DNA of 64,000 bases from NCBI GenBank assembly GCA_964016885.1, contig OZ024747.1, positions 89,528,001 through 89,592,000 on the forward strand, given 5' to 3'. Under the pieces are notes generated by a model. It did not search any database. It was not told the origin of the DNA and saw only the letters and a list, made by a program, of their open reading frames with translations. Shown here in pieces: positions 52,783-64,000 of this stretch; position 1 is the stretch's first letter; each line of letters starts with the position of its first letter. The position numbers and the translations under genes were made by a program. The stretch comes from Eledone cirrhosa. Lineage: Eukaryota.

Positions 52783-55700
52783 AGTTGGCATATTTTATTA
52801 TATAAATGTAGTCCTCTCAATCACAAAAAATCAGATATGAAGGGTTCAGTTCTTTACTGGTATCTCTGTCCACCTCGAGGGGTAATTTACCTGATTTTTC
52901 AAATAGTTTTAGTGATCAATTATTATAATCCCGCCGAGGTTAACTTTGCCTTTCATCCTTACGGGGTCGATAAAATAAAGTACCAGTAATGAACTGGGTA
53001 ATTGCTGGCCTTGTGCCTAACGTAGAAATAATTATTATAATTATGGTCAAATCAAATCTTCTCAATGTTTCTTAAGTCAACCACTGTTTACAGTAAAATG
53101 CGTCAAATATCACTAGCAAACAGTGCAATAGAAAACATGCAGCTAAACAACAAAAAGCTTTGTAATATAAATTACTTCTTGGGCATAATCTTCAAATAAA
53201 ATAGTTACTTCATGGTTTCCTTTTTTTTTTTTGCTTTTTTTTTTTTTACTCTTTTATGTGTTTATATTTGTATATATTATATGTGTTTGTGTTTTTGTTC
53301 TGTAAGCATTATATTATATTATATTTTTTTTATACAACTGTGAATAAAAGACTACTTAAAATTTATTTCTGTCATGCAACATTGTGACTGGCCTGGCAAC
53401 AAACTGTGGTAGGCTTGCTGTCAACACTTTTGTTTCAGAATTGTTTTCAATACTCTCATTTAAGGATCCAATATATTTAGACAAAGCTTCCACATTCTTC
53501 AAATGGAATTGGTATCTTGATAATTATAGCTTTTGAATGTATTTTGCATGATTTCTATATAAACATATTCATTGTTTAAATGTTAAACAATACTTTTCTT
53601 TTAGACATTTGTCATTACAGTTCCATTTAGATTCTGAGAGGGTTGGTTGCCTTAGTATCCTATTATCAGGCTTTTGTATTATGCTTCCAATATCCTGCAT
53701 GTAACTGTAACTGACCTTTACATTATTTTATTTCTGTTAAATGCAGCAGGGAAATATTGGCTAAGTAGAGCTAGAAAGTTTTGTGTATTCCTAATGTATG
53801 ACATGCTTAAGCAGATTATATATTTATTTTCATGATTTGGGTTATAGATTGTTGTTTGGGTAGAAACTAAAATTTTTCATGATGTTTAAGTAGCCTAACC
53901 TGCACAAATCTGTTGTCATGGAGATAATAAGGACAAGTTTGAATGTTTGAATCTAATCTTCCCTTAAGTTATCAAGCTTATGATCTTTCAGATTGCATCA
54001 TTTCTATTTCCCTTAACATGAAAAACAATTTTGAGATTATACCCTCCTGAAGGTTTGTGTGATTTTAACAAACAAAGGATCTTGAATTTTGGTAGAATCA
54101 GATGCAATCAGTTCTGATGGGATTAGAATCATATGTGATTCCTTGGTTAAATTGTTTAGATGTTTGTACTAAAACAATTACAATAATATTTGTCATTTGT
54201 TAATATTGTTTTCTCATCACTGTTTAGTTATTTCTATTAAGATTTCTAATGCTCTTTTGCATTAAGTATGTTAAGAAAACATATCTATTGTTTCATCATG
54301 TGAATAGGGTCTGAGTGATTTATATATAAAAAAGTAACAGTAAAGTATATATATATTCTCTAAGTAAGTCTATTTTTCTACATCAACCAGTGCACAATAG
54401 AATATTTTGTGATTCTCCCATCACTACCTCAGCATGAGAAATAAAATATATAGATACTGAAACATGCCAACATTTCTATAAATTTGTGGCTGACTGATGA
54501 ATTTGGCTAGGACGGACAAGTAGGTAAATCCTACCCTGGTTAGGGTACCTGAATTTTACAGTAATACAAAGGTGCTGCTGTTGACTACTTGAGTTAATGG
54601 AGCTACAAAAAGACAACAAAGAACATACTGCAGTGACCAAAGATGAGATAGAAGACAAATGCAAGGAGATACTCGATATCTGCATCAGTTGTTAGCTGTC
54701 GGAACACTGCATCCTTCAAAACTTCCATGCTTCCTGAAATTCGTCAACACTACTCCTGATATTCCTCCTCCATACACATGCATGTATGTGTGTGTCAGCA
54801 TGTATATCATGACTCATACACTATTCACTTTCCTGACATTTCTACATTATTCTATGTACTATACATGCACCTTTGATTAATTGCAGTGTACACAATTTTC
54901 ATTATCATTATTATTATTATTATTCTATTATATGCAATTTATGAAAGCTGTCAATAGATATTTGATCTAGTTAAGGGATAAATTATTAGTAGATATGTAG
55001 GAGGAGATCAGAGCTGTGAAGGGGCCTGTTCCTACTTTGAAAGCAACTTCCTATCTTTTGTGTGAGGGAGTTGTGCTTGTTTGTTTATTTATGTACACAT
55101 TTTTAACCCACTTCAAAATCTTATACCAAGTAATGCCCTGCACTTTGTATACTTTATGTATGTTATGAATATACATCTCAACATGTTTTTTTAACCTTTT
55201 TTTTATATATTATATTGGCCCTTATAGTCAATATAGGAAGGGTCATCATCATGGTCATCAACCTCGTCTATATAATCGTCATCAACCTCGTCTATATAAT
55301 CGTCATCAACTTCGTCTTTATAATCGTCATCAACGACACAGGGAATTTAAAAAGGTGCTCAGGGTTGTTGTTGGCAAGATGGTTTAATAATTTTGTGCCT
55401 CGCTCATTCCTCTTCTCCCTTTTTTTCTTTTGCTCTCCATCTCTCTTTTCTCATACATATTCTCTGTTAATGTATCTATAAGTACATTCCAATGCATTTT
55501 TTAAAACTGGCTTTTAATATTCTAACCAGTTTTATGAAAATTGCCCTTCATTCATGCATTTTCATAAGTAAATATTAAATTAACTGAATATAAGTATATG
55601 TTTATTTTACTTTATATATATCTTAAAATTTTATTATTTTTTTAGTTTTAAAACCTTATCAATTAAGATGGTTAAATGAGTTCTTCAAGTTTTAGTAGAA

Positions 55701-56314
55701 AACTTCTTAAAAACAACTTAATAATTCAAATTGAACTCAACCTATCCATTTGCAAAGCAGTAAACTATTTATGATTGGAACCTAATAAACCAATCCAGAC
55801 TTTTGAATTAATCTTCAAAGTATTTCCTTTCGATTAAAAAAAAATACCACATCTAAAATAGTTCTTAAGTGTAATAAATTTCACACAACATGACTAATAA
55901 ATGCAACATCTGTCAGCAATATCTTTTCCAAAAATCTAGACTTTTCACTTCATTCATTTTTACGATAAAAATAATGTGATATATTTCTAGTTCATCTTTA
56001 TGCTTGGTATTATTTTGTTTGATTTTTATAAAAAAAAAAAATAAAAAAAATGAAAATACTAAAATATTAAGAATTCACAATTGAGAATAAAAACAATGCA
56101 ACATACAGATGTAAAAGATTCCAGCCTAGTTCTGATCATGAAGAGGTTTACATATATAAAGACTGAAAATAATACAATAAAATAAAAACTAAAACAAAAA
56201 TTGAAATGTAATATATATCACTAATATATATATATATATATAAGTGCACACATGTGTGTAAACACACACACACATATATATATATACATACATACCAGCA
56301 TACATATAAATACA

Positions 56315-56359
<45 letters not shown>

Positions 56360-56571
56360 GTGCATATATATATTTTATTAGATTTAAAATTTAAATATTT
56401 TCTCCGAAACATGTTACCTCTGATTCAGCAAAAATAATGACTTGTGCAATTTTAATTACTGAATATCTAGCCAGATAAATAGCTTTAAAACTTACGTTTT
56501 AATTGTGGAAGCTGTTTGGTGTAAAAGTAACTGTTTAAAAGAGTGGAGACAATTGAGTGTGCATGCGCGCA

Positions 56572-56608
<37 letters not shown>

Positions 56609-57386
56609 GTGTATGTATATATGTGTATATGTATGTGTGTATATGTATATATATGTGTGTATATGTATATATATGTGTGTATACGTGTATATATGTGTGT
56701 ATATGTGTGTATATGTATATATATGTGTATATGTATATATATGTGTGTATATGTATATATGTGTGTGGTGTGTGGTGTGTGCTGTGTATAATATATATAT
56801 ATATATGCATGTATATATATATATATCTATATTTATATTATATATATACATATATAATATATATATGTGTATATATATCATCACCGTTTTATGTCAATTC
56901 ATAGCATGGGCTAGACGATGTGTATGTGTGTATATATATATATATATATATCCCAGTAGAAGGAAGACGCAGTAGAGGAAGACCACAAAAAACATGGGCA
57001 GAGGTGGTGAGAGTAGATCTCAGATCACTGAAGCTCACGGAGGATATGATGAAGGACTGTGGCAAGTGGAGAGATGCTGTGCTAAATAGGACCCATCCCA
57101 CCCTTGCAAGCAGGGAAAAGCAGACGTAAAATGATGTTATATATATATATATATATGTATAGTTGTAATGAACTAACAAAACACAGCACGCAATTGTACA
57201 GGTATATTAGGTTCACGTTTTGTGGAAGTGGAGGAGGTTTCAACATTTTAGACAAGTCCTTCATCAGGAAAGTTTGGATAGGGGGAGAACAGGAACACAG
57301 AGGGAGTAAGGAGGGTTTTATGGAGAGAAGTTACAAAGAACACAATATGAAGAGAAAAATAAAAATAAAATTAAAACACACATACA

Positions 57387-57427
<41 letters not shown>

Positions 57428-59250
57428 GTATATACACATATATATACACATAACCCTATGCAGTTGCCAGGTGAGAGAAAAACATAATACCGAAGTACAT
57501 TTAAAATATTCATTTTATTACAATTAAATATTTAGCCTTAATAAAATGAATATATATATATATATATACACACACACATACACCATGGCCGTTCATAGAA
57601 CTACTATGTTTATGGGGGCCATAAACAACTTAACTACTAGCTTTTTATAAATGGCAGCAATATAACATTTGCAGCTCTCTCTGGCACACACAATGTAATG
57701 AGGAATGTCTTTAGTCCTGTCCATATTCATCTGCCATTGTTTGTTGATTTCATCAGTCTATTCACTTCCACATCATGGCAGCTACTTATGATGAATTGCA
57801 TCAAATTTATTTATTCTTATACACCCACCTCATCACCCTCCATATGCTTCTAGCCATCACTCCTTATCTATCAAAGAAATTTCTCATTGATATATATAAC
57901 TCCTTCCACCACCCATCATTTCATCTCTTTCTCCACTCTTCATTGCCTCTTTTCTTCCTTTTCTCAAACCTGATTCTTTTCCGTTATTTCCCCTACACTG
58001 TCCCTCTTCTGCTCTCTCTCTGCCACCTCCTCACACCAATTCACTTTGGTTTCTTCCATTACACCCTCCTACCCCCATTCTGGGTCATGAGGCTTTTATG
58101 AAAAGGAGATCATTTAGGGTAGTGAATCCTCTTTAGTCTTGTGAAACCTAAGGCAAACTCACTATTGGTGTTACAACGATAAGATGCACCCAATACACTC
58201 TAAAGTGATAGAAAGGGCATCTAGTTACAAAAAAAAAAACGTGTTGAAACTTATGTAAGCAAAATGTGCTCTCCCAGCCCATCTGAAGAAAGTAGCTATG
58301 ATAAGGTACTGACTTGGTCAGTGGCAACACATCCAAATCATGACAGACAAATGGTAGCTAAACAATGATATGTGAGCGAGTGAGTGAGTATATATATGTA
58401 TATACACACACACATATACACCTGATCCAACTTGCCTCTAACAAGACAACCTGTCTAATCCATCTAGCATGGAAAATTTATGTTAAATGATGATTATATA
58501 TATATATGAATATGAATATACATATATATATAAATGAATATATATATAAATTAATATATATATATACACACACACACGTATATAAATGAATATAGATATA
58601 TATGGGTGTGGGTGTATGTGTACATTGTTTTTCTACTTATTCCAGACATGGCTTTATATTATTGACCTGCAATTCATCCATTATAGCTACTTCTCCCTCT
58701 CCACACCCAGACAGTGATTCTAAGCCTAAAGCATAGAACTAAACACTGCAGTTATTCATGCCAAGAACCACAACACTATGAAACTTCCTCGTATCATATA
58801 TGTATCTCCTTTTCAAACTTTGTATTAACTACATCAATCTCACTCAATACTTTACAAGTTATAGCCAATGTTTCCTCTTTCCATATGAGGAGGATGAAGA
58901 AAAGCTATAATCATCTGATTTCTTTTATCCTTTTGGGATATGATTCGTCTGATATTTGGATTTACATCCATTTTGCTACACTGGGATAGTATAGATAGTA
59001 CTGATAATTTATATAACTGTATCAATTATTGCAGCCACTCCTAAATCCAGCTATTTCACTGTAAAAGAGGAGTAGAAAGTGTAATGTCTGATTGGTTCAG
59101 TTCACCAATCCATACAAGAAAATATTACTTTACCAAACAGTATAACTCAACAACTGCAGTATTATAATTCATTGTTTATTTAACATACAGTGTCTCTGTG
59201 TGTCTCTTTGCCTAGCCATCCATCTGTCCACCTATCCATCCATCTATCCA

Positions 59251-59910
59251 AGTTGCGAGCAGGACATCGTAACCATTCTGCAAGTAATTGTTCAGTGCCC
59301 AGGGGTGACCGACCTGTGGAATTATGTTGAACAGCTACTGTCACGTGTGGGACACATCCAGTTGTCAGCCGAGTCCATCATGAGGATCACCCCGCCGCCT
59401 TCATTTAAGAAAGAAGGAGAGGCGGTTTTCCTCTGTCTGGTGGCTATGGCGAAAGAGGTAATATGTTGGTCGAGGTTAAAAGGACCGAGGGCAAACACCT
59501 TTCTCTCTGGACAACAACTTATCCCCTTCTTTAAGTATCACTTAAGAAGGAAGGTGAGAGTGGAGAGAGAGGTGCTACACCCCAGTAAATTCGCTGAAAG
59601 GTGGGTGAATGTGGCAAAAATGGCCCGAGTGAATGGGCCTTCATTGTATATAAACCTGTAGGTTGAGGAAAAAAAAACAGAGGGAAGACAGGAACACCTA
59701 CAAAACGTGTTCCTGGTGTTGAGGGTTGTTCTATCCATGGGGTGTAAAACAACCCTGCAGTAACATTCCCCACTATTGGGGATTTCAATTGTTATTTTAT
59801 TATATATAGTTTGTTATTTATTAATGTTAAAGTTATGATTTTTATGTAAAACCCCTGCCGTCACGTCTTGTAATGTCCATTTTTGTACGCCCTGTGGCAA
59901 ATAAAGAAAT
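59251..59910 (+). mobile_element. 3' end of an L1/Tx1-like LINE
   Basis: C...TI...IVQCP...LW...AKEVI.W.R....F.ERW C-terminal pattern. The 3'UTR ends in tgtggcaaataaagaaa before (TATC)n. A paralog lies at 61995-62460. Confidence 0.65.
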
Positions 59911-60039
59911 ATATCTATCTATAAAGCTATATGTCTGTTTGTTTTCCTGCCTATCTGCCTACCAGTTTATCTGTCTATTGATGTTGGTTTTAATGTTGCG
60001 GTTCATAGTTGTATAAATATACTTTAGTTGTAGAAGTGA

Positions 60040-61835
60040 CATCATCATCATCATCATCACCGTTTTACGTCCGTTCTTCCATGCTTGCATGGGTTAGACG
60101 GGTTGTCCTGATGTGGGCAGTGTCTGGTCGGCTGACCATGCCTTGCTCATACAGGAACTGATCTGGCTTGATTTCTACAGCTGGATGCCCTTCCTAACAC
60201 CAACCTCATTTACAGTGAGTGCTGGGTGCTTTTTCGTGGCGCCTACACGTCCACTTTACAGTGTGGGCTGGGTGCTTTTTTTGCCGTGGCACCTCCACGA
60301 CCACCTTGCGGTGGGGGGGAGTGGGGGCATATTGTTTATATGCTTCAGCATGTACCCATGGGAGGTCGGGTACCCTGTATTACTGCGTGACGCCAGAAGT
60401 CACGGTCGTGTGTCATTGTCTTTGAGAGGTGTAGTTGGGTAAGGTCGGCTTTTATCAACTCATCCCAAGTCATCTTGGGTCTCCCCACTCCGTGGTTTCC
60501 ATCAACTTCTAGTGCTCTGCACCTTTTTATGCAGCTGTCATCCTTCATACGCATCACATGTCCATACCAGCGTAACCGCCTCTCCTGCACGCAGCATTTG
60601 ATTCCTCTTATGCTCAGTCTCTCTCTCAATTCCTTTATGCTTTGTCGTTCACGTATATTACTGTTACACATCCATCGGAGCATGCAGGCTTCATTTCTCT
60701 CTAATCTACGTAAGTCTTCCACCTTCAGCGCCCAGGTCTCACTACCATGCAACATCGCTGTTCGGATACACGCATCATACAGTCTGCCTTTCATTCTGAG
60801 GGAGAAGCCTTTTGCAGCTAGCAGTGGTAGTAGTTCCCTAAACTTCTTCCATCCCGTTCTTACCCTAGTTATTGTACTTTCTGAGCACCCACCTCCGTTG
60901 CTAATTCGGTCACCTAGGTAGCAGAAGCTGTCTACTGTTTCTACAGGGCCCTCCCAGAGATTGGTGGTACTTGTTTCCTGTGGCTGTTTGCTTGCTGTTT
61001 CAGCACAGCTGCTGCATGTGAATCCTACATTCTTAATTAAGCTTCCTGAGATCCCGCTACATCTCTTGTGTACCCATTGTTTGCATTTGGGGCAGAGAAT
61101 GGAGTTCCTACCTACACCTTTCCTACATACTGAGCAAGGCCATTTCCCTGAGGGGATCTGGGTTCTGTTTTCTCGTCTACTTACAAGGACCTTAGTCTTT
61201 GTCATGTTGACTTTGAGGCCCTTTCTCTCTAGTCCCTGCTTCCAGGTTTGGAATTTATTCTCTAGTTCTACCATAGATTCAGCTATGAGTGCGAGGTCAT
61301 CAGCATACAGGAGTTCCCATGGGCATCCGGTCTTAAACTCCTCCGTTATTGCCTGCAGGACTATGATGAACAGGAGAGGGCTAAGAACAGAGCCCTGGTG
61401 GACCCCAACCTGTACGCTAAATTCCTCGCTATACTCATTGCTAATCCTAACTGCTCCCCTATACATGGCTTGTACCGCTTTCACAAGCCATTCATCTACT
61501 CCTAGTTTTCTAAGAGCCCACCAGATTACCGCACGTGGAACTCTGTCAAAGGCTTTCTCAAGGTCGACAAATGCCAAGTAGAGTGGCTTACTTTTAGCTA
61601 GGTACTTTTCCTGTAATTGCCTCACAAGGAAGAGAGCATCAGTGGTGCCTCTCCCTGGTACAAACCCAAATTGCATCTCGTCTATATTCACCCGGTCCCT
61701 AATCAGCTGTGCTATAACTCTTTCTGTTACTTTCATGACCTGGTCCATCAACTTTATACCTCTATAGTTTCCTCTATCTAGTGCATCGCCTTTACCTTTG
61801 TAGCAGTTGACAATGATGCTATTGCACCAATCTGA
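60040..61835 (-). mobile_element. 5'-truncated RTE-clade LINE (family B) with an open RT-PHD-C-terminal frame (ORF 60345-61856)
   Basis: KGKGD...NYRGIKL, QFGFVPGRGTTDA, FVDLEKAFDRVP, GVHQGSVLSPLLF, intact YADD, CSVC...CPKCKQWVHKRC...CSSC and RWYGHV. The 3'UTR has a (GAT)n tail. Confidence 0.97.
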
Positions 61836-61994
61836 ACGAGTATCCTCCACCACCAACTTACTTGCCCTCTACATCTGGGTCCTGGCCAACAGGATGAAGA
61901 ATGCATTGCCTCGGAGGATGGCAAGGGAGACACTGCCTCTTTATCTATCTACATCTGTCTATCTGTGTCTATCTATCTAGCTTTCAATCCATGT

Positions 61995-62460
61995 ATGTAT
62001 GGTGGACAAGGTTGAAAGGGCTGAGGTCAGACACCTTTCTCTCCGGCCAACAACTGATTCTTTTTTTTCAAATACCACTTTGGAAGAAGAATCAGGATGG
62101 AGAGAGAGGTGCTGTACCCCAGCAAGTTTTATGAAAGGTGGGTGAAAGTGGCGAGAATGGCCCGAGTGAATGGGCCTTCTCTCTATATCAGCCTGTAGGT
62201 TGAGGAAAAGGAGGAGGAGAGGAAAGGAGTACAAACTTTTCGTACTCCTGGAGATGAGGGTTGCACATTATTTTTTTCGGGGGTATGTGTTACCCATATG
62301 TAATGTCTCCCCCTATTAGGGGGGAGAAAAAAAAACAAAAAAAAAACGGACTAATTTTTAAATGGCATTTGTGATAATATTTTACACGTTTTTATTGTAT
62401 GTAAACTTCCCCCTTTGTATTTGTCCCCTTCTTTTGTGCCACTGTGGCTAATAAGGAAAC
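61995..62460 (+). mobile_element. 3' end of an L1/Tx1-like LINE (second copy)
   Basis: Homologous to 59465-59910 (acacctttctctc.gg.caacaact, ggcccgagtgaatgggcctt, tgtggc.aataa). Preceded by (TATC/TGTC)n. Confidence 0.65.
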
Positions 62461-64000
62461 ATATCTATGTATGTACTGCTAAATAGGAGCTTTCAGTCAA
62501 CTACTATACACACCTATTCAATAGAGTAGCAACTATACACAAATGTTAATTGGTTAGTAACTAACTACACAGAGCTGAAGTACCTTCTAGACTTGAATGA
62601 ACCAACATGATGCAATTTTAGTTATGTTAGATATAAAGTCACTGACTTCTCCAGAACCTTCAAAAGTGAGATTTATATCTCCATGTTAATTTATAACTAG
62701 AACACCATAGGGTAGACAGGGCTTTTCAGTTGAGTTTATGACCAACAACCTCTCTAGTGCTGGTGCTATAACAAAACACATCCACTACACCCTATAATAT
62801 GGATAGTAATAGAAAAGGAATATAGCTGTAGAAACTATGCCAGAAAGAGTTGAGAGGACTCTTCAGTATGCTGAGGGTAGAACCTTTAGGGTGTATGACA
62901 TGATAAAATGACCCAGTAGACTCTAGAAAGTGGTTGATGATAAGAGGGGCATCCAACTATAGGAAATTGGTCAAACAAAGGATTGCTCTGTAGAGTGTAG
63001 GAACGTATGTAAACGAGATGTGAGCCCTGAGCCATCTAATAGCTCAGTGAAATGGTTCCAATTATGTACTGACTTGTGATGGCCTGTCCAACCCATACTA
63101 AAAGGGAAAATGGCCGTTAAATTGTGCTGCAGCTGATGGTGGTGGTAATGACGGTGGTGGTGGTAGTTATGATGGTGGAGGCAGTGGTAATGATGGTGGT
63201 GGCAGTGGTGGTAATGATGGCAGTGGTGGCGGTGGTAAAGATGAACACAGACCATCTTAATGCGTTTTGCGCAGAAAACTATTGGCATATTATAGACAAG
63301 GAAGTAGCCTATCAACTCAGCTATCTTTATATTATAACACTTTAGGATCAACATAAATTATACCAGCTTTGAACTTAGATGACTTAAACGTTTATCATTG
63401 ACTCAGTACATTAAATGTACTGCTATTCTTCATCATCTTACACACATAAACAAGTTAGTTATGTGAGATAGAATCTTATTTACTTATTCTAAACAATTGA
63501 TTTGCTCTTCTAAGCTTACCATCTAAACTATGGAACCATCCATCACATCATACCACAGCTACTCTGGGATACAATATCTACTCCGACATATTTATTTATT
63601 TAGTTTCAAAGCACTAAATATTTGCTGGAGTAAATATCTGTCATCTTCTGAGTTCAGTTTCTGCTGTAGTCAATTTAATGGGGCTTTATTTTCTTGTGAC
63701 CAATTTAAAATACTTTATGGTACATATTTTATCTCCCAAGGTTAATAACATAAAATACTACATAAATTTTAATGAATATGCTGTTATATTTGGAGAGGGT
63801 CATATTGTCCTTAAACTGCCAAAAATAGTAAAACACACACACACACACACGCACACTGTTTGGTTTGGTTTTTTGCTTCAGTTTCAATATGACCCTCTTC
63901 AAATGTAACAATATCTGTTTCAACACACGGTTTCGTATCAAAAACTTTGCAAAACAAATGAATGTACTTGTTCTCCAAAATTTAACTTTATAATGTTAAC

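Overview
This is AT-rich, microsatellite-dense eukaryotic DNA. The repeat families look like those of a cephalopod (Octopus-like) genome, which is an inference from recalled repeat families and not a database result. I found no convincing host protein-coding exon, so the window reads as intergenic or deep-intronic sequence built largely from transposons. These include a 5'-truncated CRE-type (restriction-like endonuclease) non-LTR element, two RTE LINE families carrying a PHD-like finger after the RT, CR1-type and L1/Tx1-type 3' ends, many SINE copies, piggyBac-like (TTAA) and hAT-like (8-bp TSD) MITEs, and mini- and microsatellites. The most notable signal is a set of Penelope-like elements embedded in (TA)n tracts. 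It comprises a 2.9-kb foldback of a Neptune-type GIY-YIG region, a 340-bp foldback with U3-A8 variant minimal hammerhead ribozymes, further hammerheads (one in a ~425-bp retrozyme-like partial tandem), and a tRNA-headed element with an inverted 5' duplication and a possibly Penelope-related tail. Most ORFs in the track are microsatellite artefacts. Coordinates were read by eye and may be off by a few bases.
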